53,263 nt of DNA from a virus (taxonomy: Duplodnaviria > Caudoviricetes). Made by a program: the position numbers and the translations under genes. A model generated the notes under the pieces. It searched no databases, was not told where the DNA came from, and saw nothing but the letters and a program-made list of their open reading frames with translations. The stretch spans positions 1-53,263 of the IMG/VR virus record IMGVR_UViG_3300025736_000033, one strand, 5' to 3'. This document shows positions 37,485 through 46,283 of this stretch, piece after piece. Each line of letters begins with the position of its first letter. Within the stretch, counting starts at the first letter, position 1.

Positions 37485-38270
37485 CTACTTGCCCAGCTTG
37501 CCCAGGGCCGACAGGCTAGCTTGCTCGAGTGCCTGCTGCCCGGCTGTGTCTGGGGCTTTGGTGGGCGCCGGTGCCTCTCTGACTACCTTTGACAGTTGCG
37601 TAACCATGCTTGTTAGGAAGCTGGCGTCCTTCACGGATTCTACTGGTATCTTCCCACTTCTCACACTTTGCAGGAATTGCTTAATGATCATAGTACCATC
37701 CACGGCCGCTCCCTCGGCTAGTCTTGGCAGGATCTGGTCACGCTCCCTTAACAATGCCCGCCAGTATTGAGGATGCTTGGCTCTGACATATGCCACAATG
37801 CTACTATCCTTGTACTTGTGAAGCTTGGATGCTTGTTCATCGCTGCGAAAGAGGCTGTCTATCAGGAGTTGATTGTGCTTATCGCTGAGATTTGGCGGTC
37901 TCAGCTCTATTGCCGTTTGCGTTGCTCGTGCTAGTGGCAGAGGCGTCTCTTTGCATACATGGTCTGCTTTCCCTTTGCTTATGTGGTGATTGCGCTTTAT
38001 AGCAGGTATCACTGTTGCGCTTGTTTCGGTCTTGTTACCCCCTTGTCTAGGTATGGGTTGATCCTGTTTAGGCCCTTGTGTGGCATCCTCGCGGCCTTGT
38101 TTTGGGCTGTTATGCTCTAAATTGGCTATATCGGGCTGTTTAGCTGCTTTGGCCGGTGTCGGGCTGATTGCGTCCTGGGGCTCTGCGGGCTGACCAGGCC
38201 GGGTTTCTGGTGCCGGTATCGGATCACTCTCTCCCTTATAGATTGCTTTGCCTTTCCTAGGGTCTGTCAT
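37485..38270 (-). CDS. Hypothetical protein, possible terminase small subunit
   Basis: Start MTDPRK at 38270; disordered N-terminus, helical C-terminus; first gene of the leftward operon leading to terL, followed by non-coding G/C-run region. Function is positional inference only. Confidence 0.4.
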   Translation of the reverse strand: MTDPRKGKAIYKGESDPIPAPETRPGQPAEPQDAISPTPAKAAKQPDIANLEHNSPKQGREDATQGPKQDQPIPRQGGNKTETSATVIPAIKRNHHISKGKADHVCKETPLPLARATQTAIELRPPNLSDKHNQLLIDSLFRSDEQASKLHKYKDSSIVAYVRAKHPQYWRALLRERDQILPRLAEGAAVDGTMIIKQFLQSVRSGKIPVESVKDASFLTSMVTQLSKVVREAPAPTKAPDTAGQQALEQASLSALGKLGK

Positions 38271-38318
38271 TCTGGGCACCTTTCTTTTGCGCTTGTTTTG
38301 ATCTTGGTCACAATTGGC

Positions 38319-38406
38319 ATGATACATGTACCAATATGGCCTAGTCAATACCCCTGATTATTTATGCAAATAATTATTGCATAGCGGTATAGGATAGTGC
38401 AGTATC
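38319..38406. promoter_or_regulatory. Divergent promoter region
   Basis: Minus TTGACT (38343-38348)-18-TATCAT (38319-38324); palindrome tatgcaa-N7-ttgcata (38363-38383); AT-rich gap at strand switch. Confidence 0.55.
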
Positions 38407-38448
38407 TAATCAGTGAAGAGGAAAACACATAATGAAAGGCGCAAGACA

Positions 38449-38577
38449 ATGAAGAGATATAGAGTCCGCGACGCACAAACATTAGGCATATTGACTATCC
38501 ATACGTCGGCTCAAGCGGCCATTGCAGATCAAGGCAATTGGCTCGCGCCCACATTTATTGACGTAGTGAGGAGCTAA
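38449..38577 (+). CDS. Small early protein (42 aa)
   Basis: Translated manually: MKRYRVRDAQ...; shared GCAAGACAATG start motif. Confidence 0.45.
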   Translation: MKRYRVRDAQTLGILTIHTSAQAAIADQGNWLAPTFIDVVRS

Positions 38578-38606
38578 ACCGCAACACAAGAGAAGGAAAA
38601 CAGACA

Positions 38607-38873
38607 ATGAATAAAACATACCACGTTGAACAGCATGATCAAAACTCCTGGACAGTTGACAGTGACGGCCATTGTCACGCAATTGTAATCTGGGATTGCG
38701 GACACAAACACAGGACGGTCGGCGCAGCATATAAATGTCTGCAAAAACTGAACGGTTTTACCCGCTCAATCGGCGCAGAGATAAAGCACACTGATGGAGA
38801 TGATTTAACGGGGGCTGAGGAGCGCGATCTCGATGAATACATCCTGTCGAATGATTGGCACTGGAACCCGTAA
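38607..38873 (+). CDS. Hypothetical early protein
   Basis: 88 aa; CGHKHRT..AA..C motif; AAGGA RBS. Confidence 0.65.
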   Translation: MNKTYHVEQHDQNSWTVDSDGHCHAIVIWDCGHKHRTVGAAYKCLQKLNGFTRSIGAEIKHTDGDDLTGAEERDLDEYILSNDWHWNP

Positions 38874-38905
38874 TTGACGCAACACAAGAAAAGGAATGCA
38901 AGACC

Positions 38906-39601
38906 ATGAGTAAGAGCACAGTAAACGAAGAGACCAAAACCGCAATTCCACTAAAAGTTAAAATGCCGACAGAGGAAACACCGGCGCCAGTGATGTATCC
39001 GGTATATGGGCCAAGAGCTCGGGCGGTTGCGGTTGCTGCGAGTACAGACGAAACACGGTTTATCCTACAGAGTGTATACTTCTCGGAATCGCGTATGGTT
39101 GCAACTAATGGCCGGATCTTGCTATATGCCGATGTTGACACTGTCGAGGGCGGTGAACTGCCCGAAGGTGTAACCGGTGAACCGTTGGAAGATGATACGA
39201 TTATTCCAACAGAGGCGCTTTCGTCAGCCTGGAAAGGTCGGAAGGTCAGCAAGTCAATAGCAATACTGGGCAATCCCATTATCAGCAAGAATGAGATTGT
39301 AAGCACGGATCGCTCGGTTTCCAGCAAAACGGAATACAAGCCGATTGATGGAACATATCCAAACTATAAGCAGGTTATACCGGACATTTCAAAAGAGGAT
39401 ACTGCGCAGTTTACTCTTTCCGGTATCATGCTGGAAGATATCGCGAAAGCTTGCAAGGCGCTAGAGCCTGGCAAGAATTCCGGGGCAATGGTGGATTTTA
39501 CCATTGATAAAACAGTACCATCATTAACGCCACTAAAGATCATAATCAGAAGCAAAGCCGGGGACGTTTACGGCGTTGTAATGCCTTGCCGTAAGTACTA
39601 A
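38906..39601 (+). CDS. Truncated DNA polymerase III beta-clamp-like protein
   Basis: 231 aa from ATG 38906; AASTDETRFILQSVYF, MVATNGRIL, IDGTYPNYKQVIP, VVMP motifs of DnaN domains II-III. Confidence 0.8.
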   Translation: MSKSTVNEETKTAIPLKVKMPTEETPAPVMYPVYGPRARAVAVAASTDETRFILQSVYFSESRMVATNGRILLYADVDTVEGGELPEGVTGEPLEDDTIIPTEALSSAWKGRKVSKSIAILGNPIISKNEIVSTDRSVSSKTEYKPIDGTYPNYKQVIPDISKEDTAQFTLSGIMLEDIAKACKALEPGKNSGAMVDFTIDKTVPSLTPLKIIIRSKAGDVYGVVMPCRKY

Positions 39602-39718
39602 TGCAGAGTGACGGCGCCTATAGGCTTTTTAGCTTGTGGGCGCCGGTAATGCAGCTTATACCCGGTCACAAGTCCGGGAAGGGATAAACCGAAACACAAA
39701 CAGGAGAGGGATAAGGCA

Positions 39719-39886
39719 ATGAAAGCCTGCAGAGTATATCTTGAGGACGGCACGGACTACATAACGAGCATTAACGGAACTGATAAAGAGATTAGGAAAT
39801 ATTTTATTGGCCGCACGTTCAATTACGGCATTGAGACTGATATCATGATCAAGTGCATCAACGTTGAAATAGTGAAAGGCGAATAA
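39719..39886 (+). CDS. Small early protein (55 aa)
   Basis: Translated manually: MKACRVYLEDGTDYITSINGT..EIRKYFIG; AGGAG upstream; TAATG overlap. Confidence 0.6.
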   Translation: MKACRVYLEDGTDYITSINGTDKEIRKYFIGRTFNYGIETDIMIKCINVEIVKGE

Positions 39887-40209
39887 TGAAAACCTATGCA
39901 GATAGACAATTTGCTGAGAGTACACTCCAGGCTGCAGATAACATGGGGGGGATGTGCGAAGCTATGGAATACACCGGGCATAAGACGCTTGGCAATATGG
40001 CACGCAATCCCGAAACGGCCCGAATGGTGAACCGTGCACGGGCTATTTCTTCAAAGGCGCGTTACCAAGAGCTAAACACCGGCGCCAGTAGGATCATGGG
40101 GGGAATCGAGCCCACAGAACCAGAACGGGCATCGATCAAGGCCGTTTGGGATACATTGCCGGGATATACATGCTTTATAGACGCTTTGGCGATAACCGCC
40201 AGGTGGTAA
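39886..40209 (+). CDS. Hypothetical early protein
   Basis: 107 aa, coupled to previous gene. Confidence 0.6.
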   Translation: MKTYADRQFAESTLQAADNMGGMCEAMEYTGHKTLGNMARNPETARMVNRARAISSKARYQELNTGASRIMGGIEPTEPERASIKAVWDTLPGYTCFIDALAITARW

Positions 40210-40309
40210 CACTCCCCCCCTGCTGCCGTTGTAGCTTTATTTGCTCCGGTAGTAGGGGGGTAATTCTTTTGCGCTGGATAATGACTACATAACAAAGGGG
40301 AAAAGCGAT

Positions 40310-40543
40310 ATGACGCCAACACTAACGGACAACATACAAGAGGCACTGTGGCAAGAACAAGAGGCGCGTAATGCCCTGGCATTGGGTCTGCGGGACGTAA
40401 TAACCAAGCAGGAACTAGTCCAGACTATCCGCTTTATCATGCGGAAACCTGGGGGAAAGCTGCCAACACGAACAAACAGGAGATCACCGGCGGTCAAGGA
40501 TAGGTATCACCAGGACGCTGAACTTGCACGGGCTGGGGTATAA
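40310..40543 (+). CDS. Hypothetical protein
   Basis: 77 aa, AAGGGG RBS. Confidence 0.5.
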   Translation: MTPTLTDNIQEALWQEQEARNALALGLRDVITKQELVQTIRFIMRKPGGKLPTRTNRRSPAVKDRYHQDAELARAGV

Positions 40544-40618
40544 TGCCCGGCTACAGCATCACGGCGGCAATGATATTGCTGTTAATTATAAGCATCATAA
40601 TAGAAAAGGGGGCGAAAA

Positions 40619-40777
40619 ATGCAGGTGAATAATAGAACGGTACGGTTCCAGCCCGGTTTGCTGGATCAACTGGAGAAGCTGGCAGCTAAGAAAAACGTGG
40701 GAAATGACGGGCCAACGATCACGATCAACTACCTGGTCAACAAGGCTGTATCTAAACTGCTCGAAAAAGGGCAGTAG
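40619..40777 (+). CDS. Ribbon-helix-helix regulator (52 aa)
   Basis: Translated manually: RTVRFQPGLLDQLEKLA...TINYLVNKAVSKLL. Confidence 0.65.
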   Translation: MQVNNRTVRFQPGLLDQLEKLAAKKNVGNDGPTITINYLVNKAVSKLLEKGQ

Positions 40778-40803
40778 GGGAAAAGGCATATCCAGACAAG
40801 GGT

Positions 40804-40842
40804 AAGCCCCCAGTTGGAGCTTCTAGGCTTCACTGGGGGCTT
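40804..40842. terminator. Bidirectional terminator at convergence point
   Basis: aagcccccagt...actgggggctt followed by ttgtt; between converging operons. Confidence 0.7.
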
Positions 40843-40888
40843 TGTTGTGGCTGGTTGGGGAAGCTATTGGGATAATCGCACCGGGGTT

Positions 40889-41068
40889 CTACTCAATCCT
40901 CTCTTTCCGCTTGAGAAAAGCATATTGCTCATCTACCTCTGCCATAAACTCAACGCTCATGGGCTGATCCAGTACATCGGCCTGGTTTCGAAGGATATAC
41001 AGTTCCTCCTGACAGTTGGAGCAAACGCCGTTTGATGTCCTTCCACCGCATTCTGGGCAATAGCTCAC
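40889..41068 (-). CDS. Small zinc-ribbon protein (59 aa)
   Basis: GTG start, SYCPECGG...CSNC; overlaps upstream stop. Confidence 0.55.
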   Translation of the reverse strand: MSYCPECGGRTSNGVCSNCQEELYILRNQADVLDQPMSVEFMAEVDEQYAFLKRKERIE

Positions 41069-41340
41069 TCCCCTATCTCCTTATCACCGGTGTAGGGGGC
41101 TGACGCTTTTGCGCTGGTTTTGGTGTTGATTGGTGCTTCTTTGCCAGGAAAAACGAGCCAATCGCCAGTTACTTGTATTACCTTATGGCCCGGTTCACAC
41201 GTTGTCGTCCCAACATCGGCGCACGGCATAAGATCACCAACTATGCAACCACATTCGATTGTGGAGTCACACAGCCCTGTGTAGCCATTTTCTGTCAGCC
41301 ATGTCTCTGTTATCGTGCGTATTGTTTTGGGTTCGGTCAT
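41065..41340 (-). CDS. Cys-rich hypothetical protein
   Basis: 91 aa; GYTGLC...ECGC...LMPC...CEPG. Confidence 0.65.
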   Translation of the reverse strand: MTEPKTIRTITETWLTENGYTGLCDSTIECGCIVGDLMPCADVGTTTCEPGHKVIQVTGDWLVFPGKEAPINTKTSAKASAPYTGDKEIGE

Positions 41341-41549
41341 TTCCTCACCTCATAATGGGGACAACTGAATCCCTCTCCGAACATACAGCCCTCGTATCCG
41401 GGCAATGCAACATCCTTCCGCACATTCTTGTGATTGTTGGCCTTCTCCCCATTTGTCAGCGGGTTGCTACATTCCGCGAAATGGACTGCGCCTATCTTCA
41501 GCGTGTGTTGGAAATCCCATGTTAGGCATGTGTGGCATTCTGGCTTCAT
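41337..41549 (-). CDS. Cys-rich hypothetical protein
   Basis: Likely start MKPECHTC at 41549 (ATGA overlap). Confidence 0.55.
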   Translation of the reverse strand: MKPECHTCLTWDFQHTLKIGAVHFAECSNPLTNGEKANNHKNVRKDVALPGYEGCMFGEGFSCPHYEVRK

Positions 41550-41647
41550 GGCTTGCGCCCTCCGCTCCAGATCACCAGCCATTCTACCAGCGCCGCCAGC
41601 ACTATGAAGATGATTGCGCCGCCGAATATTATCTGTGATGGGGTCAT
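41546..41647 (-). CDS. Small single-TM peptide (33 aa)
   Basis: MTPSQIIFGGAIIFIVLAALVEWLVIW; ATGA overlaps on both sides. Confidence 0.45.
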   Translation of the reverse strand: MTPSQIIFGGAIIFIVLAALVEWLVIWSGGRKP

Positions 41648-41919
41648 TGTGTTGCCTGCTTCGCGACCTTATCAATATGCTTATACCACCGGCAAAGCCG
41701 CGCCTGCAACCTGACAAGGTAATCATAATCCGTGTGATAGCGGCAACAATAATGCATATAGCCCGTCTTAAAATCTGCATCATCTACTGGTCCACAGTCG
41801 CATCTGCTCTTTATTTTCTCGCGTGCTGCGTGATTATAGGCCGCATTTTTTGTAAAAAAGCGGCGTGACCCTGCGCGGTATACTTTTGCTTGCTCGCTGG
41901 TGACAACTGTGTTGCTCAT
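41644..41919 (-). CDS. Hypothetical protein
   Basis: 91 aa, AGGAGG RBS. Confidence 0.6.
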   Translation of the reverse strand: MSNTVVTSEQAKVYRAGSRRFFTKNAAYNHAAREKIKSRCDCGPVDDADFKTGYMHYCCRYHTDYDYLVRLQARLCRWYKHIDKVAKQATQ

Positions 41920-41927
41920 CCCTGCCT

Positions 41928-41951
41928 CCTAAAACTCTGCCACTTCATCTC
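41928..41951. repeat. 24-bp direct repeat (second copy 42479-42502) flanking Sm-like/RS cassette
   Basis: cctaaaactctgccacttcatctc vs cctaaagctctgccacttcatctc. Confidence 0.9.
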
Positions 41952-41986
41952 CACATAATAAATATACACAACCCACTAACACACAA

Positions 41987-42193
41987 TTACCAACTCCTAC
42001 TTCCACTCCAACTCCAACTCCTACTTCCACTCCAACTCCAACTTCCACTCCAACTCCAACTCCTACTTCCACTCCAACTCCAACTCCTACTTCCACTCCT
42101 ACTCATACTCCTACTCCTACTCCAACTCCCACTCCTACTCATACTCCTACTCCTGCTCCTACTCCATCTCCTGCTATTAACTGGCATCAACAT
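41987..42193 (-). CDS. Ser/Arg/Trp dipeptide-repeat peptide
   Basis: 68 aa, Ser at every second position; only open minus-strand frame over the hexamer repeat; overlaps upstream stop. Confidence 0.55.
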   Translation of the reverse strand: MLMPVNSRRWSRSRSRSMSRSGSWSRSRSMSRSGSRSWSWSGSRSWSWSGSWSWSGSRSWSWSGSRSW

Positions 42194-42444
42194 TTTGCCG
42201 GACCCCAGCTCTCAATGCCTGCCAGCATAACGCGCCACGGAGACGGCAACGACTGTGCGTCAGACCAATCTCCGGTGTCGAGCGGGCCTGTCTCATAAAC
42301 CAGCTTTGCGTCTGCCAACTCGATATGGTTTGCATTTACGCCTGCGAGCGTGCCGGTGTAAATATACACTCCGCAAAACGTTGTAATCTTTTCGCCCAGC
42401 ATTGCATCCATTCCACCGTCGTCTGTCTCTACTACTCGTTTCAT
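42187..42444 (-). CDS. Sm/LSm-like small beta-barrel protein
   Basis: 85 aa; [25 protein letters not shown] resembles the Sm1 motif; AAGGAG RBS. Confidence 0.6.
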   Translation of the reverse strand: MKRVVETDDGGMDAMLGEKITTFCGVYIYTGTLAGVNANHIELADAKLVYETGPLDTGDWSDAQSLPSPWRVMLAGIESWGPAKC

Positions 42445-42535
42445 TCTGCTATCTCCTTGTTGCGTTGGGGGTTATTCCCCTAAAGCTCTGCCACTTCATC
42501 TCGATTATCCCGCTGTCCTCATTCATCTCTACCTC

Positions 42536-43447
42536 CTAAAACCCCGGTCCTGTTATGTCATCATCATCATCATCAGGGGGTATCCAGTCCTCGGTTGTGC
42601 CTGTCTGGTATGTTCGCTCGGTGATCCGCATGGTCTTACCGTCGAAATCACACCGGACCTCATGGCCCCCACCATCCTTTGTACTTTTCAGGCACTTGAC
42701 CCGCAGTAGGTTGCTGTCTTCGTCATCACCGCGCATCAGACCGAACACTATGCCGGCGCTTTCCTCAATCTCACCGGCATTCCGCGCTGAGTGCAGTCCT
42801 ATCTCACCTGTATTGCCGTCTTCGCCGCTTCTGTGGACCTGTGAAGCACAGATTATGATGGTGTTAGTGGCCTTAGCTGTGCGCTTGAGCTCCTGCGCTG
42901 CCTGGGCTATCCGTTCGTAACGCTTGGCGCCTTTGCTGTTCATCAGCCCAATGTAATCGACTATGACTATCACCGGTTTGTGCCCGTACTTCTCTGGGTA
43001 GTCCACTTCGATGATCTCAGACAGTGCCGTTTCGTCTATTCGGCTTTCGTCACATACAATGATGTGTTCCAGCCCTTCGAAGTAGGGACGTAGCCTTTCA
43101 AGATCCTCGTGGGTGCTGGATTGCTTGTAGTCGGCCTGTATGCTCTTGCAATCCACGCCTGAGTGCATCGCGGCGAACCGTTCGTAGGCCAGTGTGCCGG
43201 GTAGCTCCATCTCCATGAACAGCACAGGGAGCGGGTTAGCGGCCTTGGCTATCGCCTGTAATACGGCTGTTTTCCCCGTTCCCGTGTCACCTAAGAAGAA
43301 TATCAGCTCACCGCGTAACGCCGGGCGCATCTTTTCTCCTAACGATGGGAGCCACTTGCCCCAGTCGAGTGAGAACTTCTGTGAAACCAGCGAGTCAATC
43401 ATGTACTGCTGGTGTAGGTCTTCAAGGTTTTTCAGTTCGTGGGTCAT
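42536..43447 (-). CDS. DnaB-like replicative helicase (ATPase domain only)
   Basis: 303 aa; GDTGTGKT, FMEMEL, IVDYIGL, CASQ, GEIEESA. Confidence 0.85.
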   Translation of the reverse strand: MTHELKNLEDLHQQYMIDSLVSQKFSLDWGKWLPSLGEKMRPALRGELIFFLGDTGTGKTAVLQAIAKAANPLPVLFMEMELPGTLAYERFAAMHSGVDCKSIQADYKQSSTHEDLERLRPYFEGLEHIIVCDESRIDETALSEIIEVDYPEKYGHKPVIVIVDYIGLMNSKGAKRYERIAQAAQELKRTAKATNTIIICASQVHRSGEDGNTGEIGLHSARNAGEIEESAGIVFGLMRGDDEDSNLLRVKCLKSTKDGGGHEVRCDFDGKTMRITERTYQTGTTEDWIPPDDDDDDITGPGF

Positions 43448-44073
43448 AGTGCTAATACCTCTTGCTGTAGGCGAATCGCAGCTATCTCGCAGTACTTCTC
43501 TTCCAGCTCAATGCCGATGCACTTGCGCCGTAGGTCTTTCGCGGCCCGTAGCGTTGTGCCTGAACCCATGAACGGGTCAAGGATTGTTTGCGCCTCGGGG
43601 TAGAACCCCATACACCACTTCATCAATGCTTCTGGTTTTTGTGTCGGGTGAACACGCGGAATCCCGCGCTCCGACTTTCTATTAAACCCATCCCAGTAAT
43701 GCCGAAACATCCGGTCAACGCCCTTATCTGAACACCATGCAAGCTCACAGTCGGCTTGGTCACGCTCTGGTATAACGCCCTCGCGCTTGTCCCACACGAG
43801 CCATCTTCCCCCGTCAGGAATCCTCGCGTGGTAATGGTTTGCGCCCCAGACAATCATTGGGCGCGGTAGGAATGCCGGATCGAACGGAGTATCATCACCA
43901 GCTACCGCATCAATTACCGTGGGTGCGTTTGCGTAATTCCCCCCGCCATGCTTGTACGCTATCCCATAAGGCGGGTCAGTCAGCACAAGGTCAACCTTGT
44001 CCAGCGTTGGCAGTACCTCCCGGCAATCCGCGTGGAATATGGTTGCATAATCGTCTTTGTAGTATGGCTTCAT
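43444..44073 (-). CDS. N6-adenine/N4-cytosine DNA methyltransferase (beta class)
   Basis: TDPPY, HPTQKP, LDPFMGSGTT, GIELE. Confidence 0.92.
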   Translation of the reverse strand: MKPYYKDDYATIFHADCREVLPTLDKVDLVLTDPPYGIAYKHGGGNYANAPTVIDAVAGDDTPFDPAFLPRPMIVWGANHYHARIPDGGRWLVWDKREGVIPERDQADCELAWCSDKGVDRMFRHYWDGFNRKSERGIPRVHPTQKPEALMKWCMGFYPEAQTILDPFMGSGTTLRAAKDLRRKCIGIELEEKYCEIAAIRLQQEVLAL

Positions 44074-44873
44074 CGCTGTACGAAGCCTCCCGTTGGTTTT
44101 GCTGGTAGCCAGCCTCGGGCGCGGTCAACTTCACTCTGCCAGTTATTGAGTACTGTTTCAAGGTTGAGCCGCTTCGGATGAAATTCGTCCTTCACCACCG
44201 TATGCAGATAATATTTTTCCACTACGTCAACATCATCTTTTACGAGTGGCCGCAACATCGCAAGCGATTCTTCTTCGTAGATTGTCCAGAGGGTATAATC
44301 CTTGCGGTTAAACCATTTGCCGATCCGAACCATGAGAGGGCTGTTTATCTCAACACGCTTTTTACGTTTGTCAGACTCCTTCACGATGGCCCGAACCTTC
44401 TTCTCTTTCCCCTCCCCCTTCTCCTTCCCATTCCCCTTCAGGCTTTCGAAGTCCTTTGTACGTTCTTTATAAGCCGTTTGGAAGCGCTTTATAAGTGAAG
44501 AGTTCTTGTCGTAGAACTCCTGCCACCACGGAAAGTCTGAATCTTCTAAAGCAGAGAGGGTTCCCAGCACGCTTTTAACCATATTTATGTGTGGAACACT
44601 AGGAAACTGCCTAGCAAAATAGCCTGGAACCCATATCCAGCCTGTCTTCTCGTCGTACCTGAGTTTAACGCCAAGCACTTTGAAAGCCCTTTCTAGGTCT
44701 TTTCTCTCTAATCGGGTTTCGTGTGTAGCTTTCCTATAAGAAAACCTATAAGCACCTATGCAAGTTACATCGCTGTTGCTGATGCAGTACAAGTAAAATG
44801 CCAAGGGGTTAAGGTCTTCAATGTGGTCGAAGTCGGGGTCATTCCAATACGTAGGTTCTATCATCGCTTTCAC
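44070..44873 (-). CDS. Putative replication initiator
   Basis: 267 aa; YWNDPDF..L...FYLY N-terminal winged-helix-type motif, KGNGKEKGEGK linker; upstream of helicase. Confidence 0.65.
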   Translation of the reverse strand: MKAMIEPTYWNDPDFDHIEDLNPLAFYLYCISNSDVTCIGAYRFSYRKATHETRLERKDLERAFKVLGVKLRYDEKTGWIWVPGYFARQFPSVPHINMVKSVLGTLSALEDSDFPWWQEFYDKNSSLIKRFQTAYKERTKDFESLKGNGKEKGEGKEKKVRAIVKESDKRKKRVEINSPLMVRIGKWFNRKDYTLWTIYEEESLAMLRPLVKDDVDVVEKYYLHTVVKDEFHPKRLNLETVLNNWQSEVDRARGWLPAKPTGGFVQR

Positions 44874-44916
44874 CTTTTATAGCTCCAAGCCTCTGTCCGT
44901 CATACCCAAAACAAAG

Positions 44917-45050
44917 AAAAAGATCCCCGCCGGTGATGAGACCAGAACACACCATAGGCGTGTGACGGGGATCGTATTATTAAGTAGGAACTCGTGTGTC
45001 TGTATCTCATCATGTTGAGAAGAATACCACGACCAATCCCAAGTTGTCAA
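44917..45050 (-). promoter_or_regulatory. Sigma70 promoter plus structured attenuator-like leader
   Basis: TTGACA (45045-45050)-18-TATTCT (45021-45026); stem gatccccg/cggggatc (44922-44929/44966-44973) followed by minus-strand TTTTT. Confidence 0.7.
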
Positions 45051-45127
45051 CCTCTTCTGCAAAGCCCCCAGAGAACACGCAACGGGACGCAAGACCAAAC
45101 GCTGCAATGTTCTCGTGAGGGCCATTG

Positions 45128-45298
45128 TTAATCCTTCAGGAACAGATTTGTCTTCTCCATGCATACGCCCTCTAGGAGCTCAACACGGTCGTTCTCTACC
45201 ATAGCCGTACAGTGAGGGTGGCAATTCTCGTTCAGCCACGCTATCAACGGCTTAGACGCCTTCAGCAGTTCATCTCTTTGTTCTTTCGTCAGTATCAT
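45128..45298 (-). CDS. Hypothetical protein
   Basis: MILTKEQRDE...PLIAWLNENCHPH; AGGAGG upstream. Confidence 0.6.
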   Translation of the reverse strand: MILTKEQRDELLKASKPLIAWLNENCHPHCTAMVENDRVELLEGVCMEKTNLFLKD

Positions 45299-45299
45299 C

Positions 45300-45818
45300 C
45301 TATCCCCTCCTATTCCAAGGCTCAACCCATTCAAGGCCAAGCAATTCAAACAAGTATTCTTCCTCTGGTACTGGATGGATCTGACCCAAATGAGTCAGGT
45401 TCCCATCCACACCATGAAAGTTCTTACCTACCCAGCCTCGGGCCAGTACCTTGTGCGAGTATTCCGCTGGTCCGGTACGTATTGCTAACTGATAGCCCCA
45501 GTTGATCGGAGTAGCTGTGAATATATCTACCTTGATCCCTGTAGATGTCAGCCGTTGCATGTACCTGCCCTTAACAGCATCGCCCTTCAGTGTCTTCATG
45601 CAATCAACAGCAGCTATGAAGCGAATATCACGCTCTATTCCCACCACCTCCCCCAACAGGTCCAGTATAGGGATTGTCTTCGGAATACATACTATCTCTA
45701 TGTCGCCCGGATTTGGCTTACGCCTTCGTACACTCCCTGCAATAGCGATCCTGTCGCAACCTGGTTCTATCAGGTAAACAAGGTGCTCTGCTGCCCCTTT
45801 GGCTTCATCTAAGTTCAT
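45300..45818 (-). CDS. Minimal family X DNA polymerase (palm+thumb)
   Basis: 172 aa; IAGSVRR, GDIEI, VDIF, RTGPAEY, EEEYLFELLGLEWVEP. Confidence 0.85.
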   Translation of the reverse strand: MNLDEAKGAAEHLVYLIEPGCDRIAIAGSVRRRKPNPGDIEIVCIPKTIPILDLLGEVVGIERDIRFIAAVDCMKTLKGDAVKGRYMQRLTSTGIKVDIFTATPINWGYQLAIRTGPAEYSHKVLARGWVGKNFHGVDGNLTHLGQIHPVPEEEYLFELLGLEWVEPWNRRG

Positions 45819-45830
45819 ATCCTATCCCTC

Positions 45831-46205
45831 CTATACTGCTAGCAAATACTGGTTCGATTCTTGCGCTGGTTCTTCCCTTGTTAGAGTACGTCTGTTCATG
45901 GCTGTGATGGCAGACCGTACCTGCTCCAGCCTGGCACTGCTCCTGACAGCCCACTTATACAAAGGCCGGCCATGCTTCTGCTTTTGGGTAGGCTTCACCC
46001 GCTCTTCTGTCTGATACAGCCCGCAAGCTCTAAGCCTCTTGAAACAGCACCCGATTAGGTTGGGCTCCATCGGTGGGTGCTTGATATCTTCAGCCGTACA
46101 CCAGCCCTTCCCCCACGCAGCATCCAGCAAGTCCCTGAGTACTTCCATCGCCTCACGCTCATGCTTGTTCAGTGTCCCGGTCAGCCAGCTTGGTAGGTTA
46201 GTCAT
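45831..46205 (-). CDS. Hypothetical (possible winged-helix) protein
   Basis: Start MTNLP with AAGGGGGG RBS. Confidence 0.55.
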   Translation of the reverse strand: MTNLPSWLTGTLNKHEREAMEVLRDLLDAAWGKGWCTAEDIKHPPMEPNLIGCCFKRLRACGLYQTEERVKPTQKQKHGRPLYKWAVRSSARLEQVRSAITAMNRRTLTREEPAQESNQYLLAV

Positions 46206-46283
46206 TGTTACCCCCCTTATCGCATTCATTGCCTCTTAAAACCTTCTGAATCCCTGAACCCTTATCTGTACCTGTCTTTTCCA

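Noticed and set aside
41987-42170. CRISPR array or telomere-like repeat
   Set aside because: Degenerate hexamers with no spacers; variation preserves a Ser-x reading frame.
44877-45164. 95-aa minus-strand ORF
   Set aside because: Runs through a promoter and structured leader, overlaps the upstream gene, no recognisable features.
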